Shown here piece by piece: positions 45,949 through 55,815 of a stretch of 64,000 nucleotides of DNA. This DNA is from an uncultured Eubacteriales bacterium (GTDB lineage: Bacteria; Bacillota; Clostridia; Christensenellales; UBA1242). Each line of letters opens with the position of its first letter. The stretch's first letter is position 1. The stretch covers positions 468 to 64,467 of the forward strand of contig CARNVA010000004.1 in assembly GCA_949031345.1 (NCBI GenBank), written 5' to 3'. The translations under genes were made by a program, and so were the position numbers. The notes under the pieces are model-generated. The model saw only the letters and a list, made by a program, of their open reading frames with translations. It had not been told where the DNA came from and did not search any database.

Positions 45949-46858
45949 TTTCAACCCTCTTTCCAAGCAGGTCATTATGACCGTTTAAGAAATCTCTTCC
46001 GCTTACACTCTTGCCAGATGGTGCTTTGCAGCTTACAATCTCTACAGCACCATTCTTGCACCCTATAACAAAATGCTTTTTATTATTCAACACCTTTCCT
46101 TGCTCAACCTGAAACTCGTCACTTACATTTTCAAGTTTTTCCACCTTGATATTAAGCTGATTTAACACAAAATATGTGCCCACCTCTTCCGATAAAGCTC
46201 TGACTTTGCAAACAAGTTCATCTGCCTTGAGCGAAAAATCTAAAAGGCCGTCTTCTTTGGAAAATTTGCCCACCTTGACAGCCTTTTCATGCTGCTGAGG
46301 GGTAAATGTAATTTGCCCTTTTTGATAATTTTTCACCACCTCTGCCACCATTTCGCCGCCAAGCTTTGCCAGCTTATCTTCAAGTTGAAGATAATATTCA
46401 TTTTCGACCGCCACCTGTTTTTGCAATATTATATCCCCTGCGTCAACTTCTTGTGCCACCTTCATGATTGAAACGCCACTTTGCTTATCTCCATTTAAAA
46501 TGGCACTTTGAATAGGCGAAGCGCCTCTATACTTTGGCAGCAATGACGGATGAACATTTATGCAAAGTCTATGCTCTAAAAACTCGTTTGGCAAAATTTG
46601 TCCAAAAGAAGCAACCACTGACAAATCAAAGTCAATGGCCTTAACTTCATCCATATGCAAACGAAGTTTGTCAAAGGTTTTAACTTCAATTCCTCTTTCA
46701 AGAGCAAAAGTTTTCACCTCGGTCGGCGTCAACTTATGCCCTCTTCCAGAAGGTCTATCTGGCTGAGTAATCACTGTGCCAACCTCAATCCCCTCTTCAA
46801 GCATTTTTTGCAGAACAATTAAAGAAAAACGCGAGCTGCCCAAAAATAATATCTTCAT
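45941..46858 (-). CDS. fmt: Methionyl-tRNA formyltransferase
   Basis: MKILFLGSS...QPDRPSGRG..., HPSLLPKYRGASPIQ. It lies in the def-fmt context. Confidence 0.9.
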   Translation of the reverse strand: MKILFLGSSRFSLIVLQKMLEEGIEVGTVITQPDRPSGRGHKLTPTEVKTFALERGIEVKTFDKLRLHMDEVKAIDFDLSVVASFGQILPNEFLEHRLCINVHPSLLPKYRGASPIQSAILNGDKQSGVSIMKVAQEVDAGDIILQKQVAVENEYYLQLEDKLAKLGGEMVAEVVKNYQKGQITFTPQQHEKAVKVGKFSKEDGLLDFSLKADELVCKVRALSEEVGTYFVLNQLNIKVEKLENVSDEFQVEQGKVLNNKKHFVIGCKNGAVEIVSCKAPSGKSVSGRDFLNGHNDLLGKRVENA

Positions 46859-47005
46859 AAAACTCCTATAAAACCAAAACTTTTTTTCGGTCTTGATTTA
46901 AATTAAAATAGATTAAATTCAATCAAAAAGCCTAAATCAAGCTTTCAAAATTAAAATTCAACAAAAGCAATTCAACAAGCAGACAAATTATCCACCATAA
47001 GCAGA

Positions 47006-47479
47006 TTAAAGCTGACCGCCATTTTTGACATACTTATCTTTGTCAATGCTTTTGTCAACAAACAATACACCATCCAAATGGTCAAGCTCATGACAAATGC
47101 ATCTTGCAAGCCACTTTTCACCAGTCAAAGTGAATGGATATCCAAAGCGGTCAAAAGCCTTAACAGTCACTTCGTATGGCCTTTCAACTCTGCCGCGAAA
47201 TCTTCCCACAGAAAGACAACCTTCCTCTTCAACATCTTTGCCTTTTGATTTGATTATCTCTGGGTTGACAAGCTCAAAAAATGCGTTGTTGACATCCATT
47301 ACAACAACCCTTCTAAGCACTCCCACCTGTGGCGCAGCCAAACCCATTCCGTCATTTTTATACATAGTGTCTTTCATATCATCAAGAAGCTGCCAAAGGT
47401 CTTCGTCGAAATCTTTGACTGGTTTTGACTTCTTTCTAAGTGACGCCTCTCCAATTTTTACAACATCTCTTAATGCCAT
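47006..47479 (-). CDS. def: Peptide deformylase
   Basis: GLAAPQVG, EGCLSV and HELDH motifs. I chose the start at the ATG at 47479, after GGAGG. Confidence 0.9.
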   Translation of the reverse strand: MALRDVVKIGEASLRKKSKPVKDFDEDLWQLLDDMKDTMYKNDGMGLAAPQVGVLRRVVVMDVNNAFFELVNPEIIKSKGKDVEEEGCLSVGRFRGRVERPYEVTVKAFDRFGYPFTLTGEKWLARCICHELDHLDGVLFVDKSIDKDKYVKNGGQL

Positions 47480-47523
47480 ATTATCCTCCGAATTTAAGAT
47501 TAAATTAAAACAAATTAACAAAA

Positions 47524-49695
47524 TCAAGAAAGGTTTTGCGGATTGACTTCAAAAAACACCGATGTTTTTGACGCCCTGTCAACAATCTTGAAAACTTCAT
47601 TTTCGATTTCATCTGCCTTGTTCAATTTTAATCTCATCATAATTTGATATCGATATTTATCTTGAATGCGTTTGATTGGTGACTTCATTGCGTCAAGATA
47701 TAAAATATCATCTCCATAAACGCCCTTCAATTTTTCTATTTCAGTATAACATATTTTTAATAATTCTCGCACATAATTTTCGTCAAAATCACTAAAAAGC
47801 ACTCTTAAAATGCGAGTAAAAGGTGGAAATTGTGCTGTTTGCCTCATATTTATCTCTTTTTTAAAGAAACCCTTATAGTCATAATTTGCGGCAAACTTAT
47901 AAACATAGTGTCTTGGGCTGTATGTTTGAAGCACAACCTTTCCTTCCGCTTCGCTGCGTCCCGCACGCCCCGCAACCTGAGTAATAAGTGCGAAGGTACG
48001 CTCGGTAGAACGATAATCAGTGTGATATAAACTTTGATCGGCATCAACAATTCCCACCAAAGTCACATCTTCAAAGTCATGCCCCTTTGCAATCATCTGC
48101 GTGCCAACAAGTATGCCTGGCTTTGAAACTTTAAACTCACTCAAAATCTTCTGGTGAGCATTTTTAGTGGATGTCGTGTCATTATCCATTCTTAATATCT
48201 TCACATCTGGGAAATATTCCTGCAGTTTATGAACAATCTGTTCTGTGCCAACCGCGCCATGCTTGATATTTTCACTCTTGCAATTTGGACAACGATTAAG
48301 CACCTTATATTGCTTGCCACAGTAATGACATTTAAGCCTGTTATCCTCTCTATGATAGACCAAACTTACATCACAATCGCTACATTTCGCAACATAGCCG
48401 CAATCACGGCATCTCATAAAAGAAGAGAAGCCCCTGCGATTTATGAAAATCATAGCCTGCTTTTTGTTGTTGATAACATTTGCAAGGTCTGCAAGCAGTT
48501 GATTTGAAAAAATTCCACTATTGCCACTGCGAATTTCCCCCATCATGTCGATTATTTGAACGGGCGGAAGAGGTCTGCCATTTGCCCTGACCGGCAATTC
48601 AATCAATTGGTAAACACCCTCTTTTGCCCTTTGATAACTTTCTGTTGAAGGAGTCGCACTGCCAAGAACAAGCGGACAACCATTAAATCTTGCCCTAAAC
48701 TCAGCCACATCGTGTGTGTCATAACGGGGATTTGATTCTGATATATAGCTTGCTTCATGCTCTTCATCAATAATCACCATTCCAAGATTTTCAAGCGGTG
48801 CAAAAATGGCTGACCTTGCCCCAATAGCAATTCTCGCCTCACCCGAAAAGAGCCTCTTCCATTCGTCAAAGCGTTCACCTGCCGACAACCCACTGTGAAG
48901 CAAAGCCACCGACTCACCAAAGCGTCCCTTAAAATTTGACATTATCTGTGGCGTAAGCGAAATTTCAGGCACAAGCATAATGGCATTTTTCCCTTCTTGT
49001 AAAGTACGCTCAATCAAATTCATATAAATTTCCGTCTTACCACTGCCTGTGACGCCATGCAAAAGATAGGTCTTATTTTCACAAATGGTCTTAATTGCCT
49101 CTCTCTGCCCTTCGTTTAAATTGACACGCCTGTCCTCTTGCATGACAACAAAAGGTGAGCGTTTAATCTCTTCACTCTCTTTTTTGATATACCCCTTTTC
49201 CAGCAACGCTTTTAAAGCTGAATAACCAAACTTATCACCAAGCTGGGCTGCCGAAACCCTTCCATTTTGCAATTCATCCAAAATTTCCTGCTGTTTTTTT
49301 GCACTCTTTGAAAGCTTAACCTCAATGCCATCCACTAAAGAATAATAAGTTTTAAAAAGCTCTTTTACCCTGCCCTCTCTCATTTCAGCAGGCAAGAACA
49401 GCCTCAATATTGACGCCAGTTTCAAATGATTTTTGTCTGCCATAAATTTCATAAGTTGCAACATTTCGCCCTTAATTGCCGGAGTTTCTTCAATTTTAGA
49501 GCGGATTTCTTTTATCTTTGACTCTTCATAGTTGCAAGTTTCCTTTATGCCGACAACAAATCCCTGCACCATGCGACTTGAAAAAGGGATGTAGACACGC
49601 ATGCCTACACAAATGGTCATATCCTCTGGAATTTTGTATTCAAAAACGCGGTCAAGCGCCTTTGCATCTTGGTCAATTATTATCTCAGCAAACAA
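47524..49695 (-). CDS. priA: Primosomal protein N' (replication restart helicase PriA)
   Basis: Walker A (GVTGSGKTE), DEEH, a Cys-rich zinc region (CRDCGYVAKCSDCD...CHYCGK...CPNC) and a helicase C-domain. I prefer the TTG start at 49695 (GGAG 7 nt upstream; product (M)FAEIIIDQ). The alternative is the ATG at 49728. Confidence 0.88.
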   Translation of the reverse strand: MFAEIIIDQDAKALDRVFEYKIPEDMTICVGMRVYIPFSSRMVQGFVVGIKETCNYEESKIKEIRSKIEETPAIKGEMLQLMKFMADKNHLKLASILRLFLPAEMREGRVKELFKTYYSLVDGIEVKLSKSAKKQQEILDELQNGRVSAAQLGDKFGYSALKALLEKGYIKKESEEIKRSPFVVMQEDRRVNLNEGQREAIKTICENKTYLLHGVTGSGKTEIYMNLIERTLQEGKNAIMLVPEISLTPQIMSNFKGRFGESVALLHSGLSAGERFDEWKRLFSGEARIAIGARSAIFAPLENLGMVIIDEEHEASYISESNPRYDTHDVAEFRARFNGCPLVLGSATPSTESYQRAKEGVYQLIELPVRANGRPLPPVQIIDMMGEIRSGNSGIFSNQLLADLANVINNKKQAMIFINRRGFSSFMRCRDCGYVAKCSDCDVSLVYHREDNRLKCHYCGKQYKVLNRCPNCKSENIKHGAVGTEQIVHKLQEYFPDVKILRMDNDTTSTKNAHQKILSEFKVSKPGILVGTQMIAKGHDFEDVTLVGIVDADQSLYHTDYRSTERTFALITQVAGRAGRSEAEGKVVLQTYSPRHYVYKFAANYDYKGFFKKEINMRQTAQFPPFTRILRVLFSDFDENYVRELLKICYTEIEKLKGVYGDDILYLDAMKSPIKRIQDKYRYQIMMRLKLNKADEIENEVFKIVDRASKTSVFFEVNPQNLS

Positions 49696-49730
49696 TTTTT
49701 TACTCCACAGCCATTTTATCACAACCATAT

Positions 49731-49766
49731 TAAAAAAGCAACCAACATAACGCGGTTGCTTTTCTT
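49731..49766 (-). terminator. Rho-independent terminator after surface gene C
   Basis: The minus strand reads AAAGCAACC-GCGTTATGTT-GGTTGCTTTTTT. Confidence 0.65.
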
Positions 49767-49769
49767 GAC

Positions 49770-49855
49770 AATATTTTTACTATTCTTAAATTCTGCTTGC
49801 CACAATATTGACGCTTAAGGCTGTTGTCATTTCTGCGATAAACTAAGCTTACATC
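49770..49855 (-). pseudogene. Relic fragment homologous to an internal segment of priA (zinc-finger region)
   Basis: 49786-49855 aligns at roughly 75-80% identity with priA 48305-48372. The relic translates DVSLVYRRNDNSLKRQYCGKQ versus the priA sequence DVSLVYHREDNRLKCHYCGKQ. Confidence 0.65.
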
Positions 49856-52800
49856 TTACATTTGATTAAATCCAAGCTCAGTCAATTTTTCAATGGTAAG
49901 TTTTTCTCCGCCTTCGCCAAGCCAAGCTAAGCCTTTTGGAAGAGGTTGACCATTCTCTAAAATAGACCAATTTTCAAAAGGATTTTCCAAAGTGCTTATT
50001 TTGTAATATTTTTTCTCTGAGGATCCCCCTTTATTTTCTATAATTAAAGTGCTTTTTATAGAAAATGAAGATCGAGAAAATGGCAGAAAAGCTGAAGCAA
50101 AAGCAAAGCAATCCACAACTTCACCATCCATTCTTCCACAGAATTGACCTGCCCCGCTTCCTCCTTGCACTGTTCCCAGCACACCACAACTTCTAATAAT
50201 ATTGCCAGTTGTATTGTCAGCATTACCAAGAATGCCTCCACTATTAGAATAATTTGCGGCAGCTTTAATAAACGCATCAACAAAACAATTTTCAATTACA
50301 GATTTCTCTTTTGAAATTGCGCCAGCTATTCCCCCAACACTATTCAAACCTGTCAAATTTCCATAATTTAAACAAGAAGATACTGTAAAGCCTGAAACTG
50401 CGCCAAACATTCCACAATATGCATATCCATTTACATTCACACTGCTTTTGCAATTTATCGCAGCTCCTGTATCAGAATATCCTGTTATCGCCCCTGAATA
50501 ATACTGCCCAAAGACATTTCCTTTTACAAGGTTGATATTTTTTAACACTGCACCTTTGCTGAAACCAAAAAGACCAACATAGTTGTAAAGATAGATTTCA
50601 CCCAAAGCCATATAATAAGTCTGAACAAGTCTCATATTTAAAATCGGAAAGCCCTGCCCATCATAAATTCCTTGAAAGCTGTTTCCAGTATTCGTCGCGC
50701 TGACAGTCGAGCCGCCAATTGGTCGCCATAAATTGTATCCAAGCTCAATAGGTGCGGTCTGCTTAAAATATTTGCCAGCAAAAGTCACTCCTTCTTCAAC
50801 TCTCTTTGAAATATAAGCCAAATCCTCAGCACTTGCAATCAAGTATGGATTTTCTGCGCTGCCTTGATTTTCAGTCTGGCTTGCTTGAAGTGTATTTGAC
50901 GCAAAAATGTTCCAAGTCTCCTGCCACTCTGCCCTCAATTCAAACAATCGGTCACTGCTGTCAACAACGCTGCTTGGCAGTGTGCTTATTGTCGCTCCGT
51001 CATAATAAGCTTTGCCATTGTTTGTCCAATTTCTAAACAAATATCCTGTTTTTAAATATGAAATGGTTGGCAAAGTCAAACTTGTGCCATAGGTGTAAAC
51101 CCTGTCTTGCATCTGTCCTGAGGTATGCCCATTGCCATTAAATCTGATGGTATATTGTTTTGGCGTCCACTTAGCATACAAGGTAAATGATGACAAATAG
51201 CTTGTATATGGGCTGCTTGAAATGCTATTCAAAACCTTTCTTTCTGAAAGCGGCGCCCCTTCATTATCTTGCAAACTTTCACCATTTTCAAATTCGACTC
51301 CGCCTCCTAAAGACTTTGCCCAGCCTACAAAATCATAACCCGTGCGAGTAAACTCATTGTTTTTAATCTCTTGGCCGTTGCCATAAACGCAACTTTGACT
51401 GGTCATGCTTCCATTTCCGCCATTTGCATTAAAATTTATTGTATAAGGCCTTCCACTCCAAACTGCATACAAATCGAATACTTCATTCTCATTCGACCTC
51501 AAGTTTGAAACGCTTTGCCCTGGATTATAGACCTTGGTTTGTCCAGCACTGCTTGTATCCCATCCAAGCAAGGTAAACCCATGCCGGACAAACTCATTCG
51601 CTTTAAGGTTTTGCGACTGATTGTATGTAAATTGCTGTGATATGGATTTTTTCCCGTCACCCGTGAGAATGTCTCCACCAGCACTGTTTTTTCCGCCATG
51701 AAAGGTTACACTATATTTAATAGGCGTCCAATGCGCATAAATTGTGTGATTATTAGCTATATTCAAAATCGTAGAAGTAGAAATCTTTGTTCCGCCCGTC
51801 TGCGCTGTAAACCATCCGTCAAATTTATATCCTGTTCTGCTTACAGAAGGAAGATATTGATAGGTTTCTCCAAAGATTACATTTCTTATGCAACCTTCAC
51901 CAGAAATTACCCAGCCGGTAGTGGAAGTAAAACTTCCGCCATTTGCATCCGCTGTAGCCAGATATGTCATTGGTGCCCATTGCGCATAAAGCGTCACATT
52001 GCCAATTATATCATACTTTTTTATTGCTTGACCGTTCTCATTATAATATTGGGTCCCGCCCCTTCCAGAACTAGTATAATAACCTTTGAATCTATATCCA
52101 GTTTTTACAGGAATTTTCACAGTGTTCATTTCCTTGCCAAGCCAAACATTGCAAGAACTATCACTTGAGTTTTGAAAACTGCCACCATCCGCATTAAAAC
52201 TTGCAGTATATTTTATTTCATCAAGCTCACCATTTGTATAGTAATCTCTATATCTTCCAGAAACATAAGATACATCAGAATAAAGCGTGCCTCTGCCACC
52301 CTTACTTCCTGTTGCGCCACCAATTCCACCGGTGGCTTGACTTAATACATCATTGCAATAAGTATCATAGTAGGCAGATTCTCCACTAGAACCACCAATT
52401 AACCCGGTACCACCGGAGCCACCAGCTCCACCGCTATATTTATATCCCTTTCTAGAAGTATAGGTGCCACCAGCACCTCCGCCGCCTCCGCCGCCTCCGG
52501 CACCTGCGCCACCACCAATTGCATCAGCATTAACAGAACCTGCGCCACCACCGCCGCCTGCTCCGCCTCCGCCAGAGGCGTAATAATTTTTCCAACCAGA
52601 ACCAGCATCATTTGCTGTTCCTCCAGCGCTGCCACCACTGCCACCTTTAAAATTTTGTTCTCTTCCACCAGCAGTTGCAATTACTGTAACTCCACCAAAG
52701 ACATACAGGTCACCCATTGCAGAGCCGTCACCGCCTTTATATCCATTTTTTCCGAAACCGCCCTGCGCGTCATATTGATCACCATATTCACATTCTTTTG

Positions 52801-53407
52801 TCGCACATACACCACCAGAGCCACCATAACCGCCAGAGCCGCCATAGCCACCAATTCCTGCGCCAGCACCTGAGCCTCCTCTGCCTCCGTCGCCACCAGT
52901 ACCACCTCTGTACTTGTTGTCACTAATTGAAAGATAACCATTATATCCACTATCTCCATTACCGCCGCTTCCCGCATTTCCACCAGTGGCTTTTAAAGAT
53001 CCTTCACCTACGACTATCAGTCTCTTTCCATAATGCAATGAAATTCCTGCCTCGCCAACACTAGCGGTTACGGTCACTGTAATATTTTTTGGTATATATA
53101 AAACAACAGTGCCGCTCACACTTGCTCCATAAGACATAGTCACATTACTAATTGCTTTATAGACAGTATCTGAATAAAAGTATTGCTTATTACTAAAAGT
53201 GCCATTCATTGTAATACACTTTGTAAAACCACTACTCGCATTAGCGACTTTTTCTTCTTCCAAATTTTTATACGAGGTCACAACTGAAAAATAAAATATA
53301 AAAAACGCAAGGCAAATAAAAAGACAAGAAAGATAAATCTTTCTCATTTCAGAGTTATTCTTTTTATGACTTATTTCATTCTTTAAACTTTTATTAAACT
53401 TTGCCAA
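49856..53407 (-). CDS. Large surface protein C: Gly-rich N-terminal region, Flg_new repeats and a GLUG-repeat C-terminal module
   Basis: 1183-aa ORF with a TTG start after GGAGG and a TM anchor (IYLSCLFICLAFFIFYFSVV). A ~230-aa glycine-rich region is followed by Flg_new units (GYRFKGYYTS, GYKFDGWFTAQTGGT...IYAHW, GFTLLGWDT, GYDFVGWAK, GYLFRNWT). The conserved C-terminal module is NPYLIASAEDLAYISKRV...GLFGF...VGGIAGA...SGGILGN...QPLPKGLAW. Confidence 0.8.
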   Translation of the reverse strand: MAKFNKSLKNEISHKKNNSEMRKIYLSCLFICLAFFIFYFSVVTSYKNLEEEKVANASSGFTKCITMNGTFSNKQYFYSDTVYKAISNVTMSYGASVSGTVVLYIPKNITVTVTASVGEAGISLHYGKRLIVVGEGSLKATGGNAGSGGNGDSGYNGYLSISDNKYRGGTGGDGGRGGSGAGAGIGGYGGSGGYGGSGGVCATKECEYGDQYDAQGGFGKNGYKGGDGSAMGDLYVFGGVTVIATAGGREQNFKGGSGGSAGGTANDAGSGWKNYYASGGGGAGGGGGAGSVNADAIGGGAGAGGGGGGGGAGGTYTSRKGYKYSGGAGGSGGTGLIGGSSGESAYYDTYCNDVLSQATGGIGGATGSKGGRGTLYSDVSYVSGRYRDYYTNGELDEIKYTASFNADGGSFQNSSDSSCNVWLGKEMNTVKIPVKTGYRFKGYYTSSGRGGTQYYNENGQAIKKYDIIGNVTLYAQWAPMTYLATADANGGSFTSTTGWVISGEGCIRNVIFGETYQYLPSVSRTGYKFDGWFTAQTGGTKISTSTILNIANNHTIYAHWTPIKYSVTFHGGKNSAGGDILTGDGKKSISQQFTYNQSQNLKANEFVRHGFTLLGWDTSSAGQTKVYNPGQSVSNLRSNENEVFDLYAVWSGRPYTINFNANGGNGSMTSQSCVYGNGQEIKNNEFTRTGYDFVGWAKSLGGGVEFENGESLQDNEGAPLSERKVLNSISSSPYTSYLSSFTLYAKWTPKQYTIRFNGNGHTSGQMQDRVYTYGTSLTLPTISYLKTGYLFRNWTNNGKAYYDGATISTLPSSVVDSSDRLFELRAEWQETWNIFASNTLQASQTENQGSAENPYLIASAEDLAYISKRVEEGVTFAGKYFKQTAPIELGYNLWRPIGGSTVSATNTGNSFQGIYDGQGFPILNMRLVQTYYMALGEIYLYNYVGLFGFSKGAVLKNINLVKGNVFGQYYSGAITGYSDTGAAINCKSSVNVNGYAYCGMFGAVSGFTVSSCLNYGNLTGLNSVGGIAGAISKEKSVIENCFVDAFIKAAANYSNSGGILGNADNTTGNIIRSCGVLGTVQGGSGAGQFCGRMDGEVVDCFAFASAFLPFSRSSFSIKSTLIIENKGGSSEKKYYKISTLENPFENWSILENGQPLPKGLAWLGEGGEKLTIEKLTELGFNQM
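52300..52990 (-). repeat. Low-complexity GGN-rich coding region (glycine-rich domain of protein C)
   Basis: The plus strand is dominated by imperfect ccacc/gccgcc/accagc units and encodes GGTGGDGGRGGSGAGAGIGGYGGSGGYGGSGG...GGGGAGGGGGAGS...GGGAGAGGGGGGGGAGG. GC content here is locally much higher than in the rest of the window. Confidence 0.8.
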
Positions 53408-53506
53408 AAAGCCTCCATTTCAGTCAAGCTTTAAATTGTCTTTATATTTGCAAGCTTATTATTTTCATCATTTATATGCTTATTTATATCTCAAATTACA
53501 CTTTTA

Positions 53507-53534
53507 ATTTTACCCCCCCCCGACACATTGTCAA
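53507..53534 (-). promoter_or_regulatory. Sigma-A-type promoter with a G9 tract in the spacer (surface gene C)
   Basis: Minus strand 53534->53507 reads TTGACA ATGTGTC GGGGGGGGG TAAAAT. The plus-strand C9 is at 53513-53521 and the spacer is 16 nt. Confidence 0.7.
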
Positions 53535-53698
53535 GCAAATCAAAGTGACTTCATAAATAAAGCTATAAATTTATAAAATATATATTTAAAATAAAACGTC
53601 TTTTTTCAAAAATCTTACGGAATTTACAATTTTTAAAGTCTTTTTAATGATAATTGAAAAAAAGCTTCTCCATAAAAGAGAGGCTTTTTCATTTTTAA

Positions 53699-55099
53699 TT
53701 ACATTAAAAGATTGCCGTCTTCAGTTTCAATCACTTTAAGTACATTTTCAAGATTTCCATTTGCAGCATTGAAATAGAAGTAATAAGTGCCATCATCGTT
53801 GTCTGCTTCAACTTCAATACAAACAACCTCTCGATTATAATCAAGCGGTGAAAGCACCACTCTGCTTTGCACAATCTCAAATGTTGAAGGCACCTTTCCT
53901 CTTGCATCAGATTGAGACAATGTTCCGCTTGAAAGGTTTCGTTTTGTATGATTTGTAAAATAGGTTGTTGCATCATAACCTACAACAGTCCCGCTTGTAA
54001 GATTGATTTTTACTTTAACAAGGTCTGGATAAAGAATTATGCCGCTTGACTTAGGTGCTATATTAAGATAAACATCATTTTCAATGCTGTCACTCCAAAC
54101 AACCTCAGGGTTTTCAACACCGTTATCCTTGGCAAAATTCTTTGCGATATCTTTTGCAGCATCCATATCAATGCTGTTTTGTCCATCTCTGCCAGCACCA
54201 CTCACTGTCAAGATATGCCCGCCAATCTTAGTGACTTGAACATAAAGTTTTTCATTGTCAGCGTTTCTTATTCTAAAGTTGTAAGTCTCAAACCTGCCCT
54301 TAGTCTCGCCTTCAAACTCAATATCAGCAACACTTTTGAAATGTTTCTTGATATTTTCGCCAGCCTCAGATTTTGTTACAACTTCACCATAAAGACCTTT
54401 GACCTTGCTGTTTGTCACCGAGTCAGAGAAAGGTCCATCATAAATCATAGTTGGATATTCAACATCATTGTTCTTAAGAGAGGTAAGCGATCTTGTAAAG
54501 CTGTTGACATCATTATCAACATTCATTCTTCCATCTAAAATTGAATATCCGCCATTAAGCCTCTTTTCAAAATCATTGAGTTGCAATTTCAAATTGATTA
54601 CACTTTGATGAATGTTTTCAAGCGTTGTTCTCTCTTCGTCAGTAAGCGTTCCACCATTGACCATCTTTTCAGCAAGGGTTGAGGTATAACCAGAAATTTG
54701 GTTGACAAGCTTGATTGTCTCTTGAATTTCAGACTGTGAAAGAGGAAGTTGAGACACAGATATCTCTGCCTCACTTGCATTCTTTGACGCCTCTAAAAGC
54801 ATTTTTCTTTGATAAGTTGTTCCACTTCCTGACGAAATAGTTTTCGAAAGTTTGTTTTCAAGATTGTTTACGCTGTCAAGCAGATTGTAAAAATTTTGAT
54901 TATAGACATTTTCAAGGTCTGTGCGATAACTCATTGCTGCATGTTGAGAAAATCCGAGACCAACTCCAAGGCCGATAGTCGAAAGTGCAAGCACCGAGGT
55001 TGCAATTGCAAGACCAACTATCACGCCATTTTTCTTTTTGTTTTCTTTCTTTTCACTCTTCAAGGCACTTCTGCCTTCATTATTTTTTACTTCACTCAT
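53699..55099 (-). CDS. ypeB: Germination protein YpeB
   Basis: It follows sleB directly, with an N-terminal TM and then the YRTDLENVYNQNFYNLLDSVNNLENKLSK region. The C-terminus has PepSY-like repeats. I chose the start at the ATG at 55099, after AAGGGGG. Confidence 0.75.
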   Translation of the reverse strand: MSEVKNNEGRSALKSEKKENKKKNGVIVGLAIATSVLALSTIGLGVGLGFSQHAAMSYRTDLENVYNQNFYNLLDSVNNLENKLSKTISSGSGTTYQRKMLLEASKNASEAEISVSQLPLSQSEIQETIKLVNQISGYTSTLAEKMVNGGTLTDEERTTLENIHQSVINLKLQLNDFEKRLNGGYSILDGRMNVDNDVNSFTRSLTSLKNNDVEYPTMIYDGPFSDSVTNSKVKGLYGEVVTKSEAGENIKKHFKSVADIEFEGETKGRFETYNFRIRNADNEKLYVQVTKIGGHILTVSGAGRDGQNSIDMDAAKDIAKNFAKDNGVENPEVVWSDSIENDVYLNIAPKSSGIILYPDLVKVKINLTSGTVVGYDATTYFTNHTKRNLSSGTLSQSDARGKVPSTFEIVQSRVVLSPLDYNREVVCIEVEADNDDGTYYFYFNAANGNLENVLKVIETEDGNLLM

Positions 55100-55110
55100 G
55101 ATTGCCCCCT

Positions 55111-55815
55111 TTATAATGCGAAGATATGGTTGCCAATTGTCACCACTGTCTGTCTTGACCATATCCAAGAACTTGTTGCTGTTCTAGGGTTGTAATAATA
55201 CAAACAACCATAAGTTGGGTCCCAACCATTTAAAGCATCTTGCGCTGCTTTATAAGCGGTTGAATTTGGTGAAAGATTGATTTGACCGTCATTTACAGCA
55301 GTAAAGGCATATGGCTGATAGATAACACCAGCAATAGTGTTTGGGAATGAAGAACTCTTCACTCTGTTTAAGATAACCGCAGCCACAGCCACCTGTCCAG
55401 TGTAAGGCTCACCTCTTGCTTCGGCATGAACACACTTTGCAAGGAGATGCAAATCATTTGATGACTGAGAAGTAGTTGAAGAGCCTCCCTTAATGCTCAT
55501 TCCAAGTGCTGCAGCCGTTTTTGGCCCTACAATGCCGTCGACAGCAAGCCCATTCTTGCTTTGAAAGCTTTTAACAGCCGCCTTTGTCTTAGCCCCATAA
55601 ATTCCATCAACAGAGCCTTTGTAATAACCCCATCTTTTAAGTTTGGTTTGCACTGTTTTATTTTCAGCAGTCGTCAAAGCATCAATTGCCATCTCTTGCT
55701 TGCTGCTGGCAGCATCACCCTCATTTAAAAGGTTTTTTCCTGTTATGCCCGCCCCCGTGAAAGCAATTGCAAACACGAAAATCAGAGACATAATAATTAA
55801 AAGTCTTTTCTTCAT
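55111..55815 (-). CDS. sleB: Spore cortex-lytic enzyme SleB
   Basis: Signal peptide, PG_binding_1 (LKRWGYYKGSVDGIYGAKTKAAVKSFQSKNGLAVDGIVG) and a Hydrolase_2 domain (AEARGEPYTGQVAVAAVILNRV...YQPYAFT). Confidence 0.85.
   Translation of the reverse strand: MKKRLLIIMSLIFVFAIAFTGAGITGKNLLNEGDAASSKQEMAIDALTTAENKTVQTKLKRWGYYKGSVDGIYGAKTKAAVKSFQSKNGLAVDGIVGPKTAAALGMSIKGGSSTTSQSSNDLHLLAKCVHAEARGEPYTGQVAVAAVILNRVKSSSFPNTIAGVIYQPYAFTAVNDGQINLSPNSTAYKAAQDALNGWDPTYGCLYYYNPRTATSSWIWSRQTVVTIGNHIFAL

Noticed and set aside
52399-52983. Several 70-100-aa ORFs on both strands inside the Gly-rich region of gene C (52399-52680, 52681-52983, 52655-52873, 52717-52926)
   Set aside because: They are alternate-frame read-throughs of a GC-rich low-complexity repeat and lie wholly within a well-supported 1183-aa CDS.
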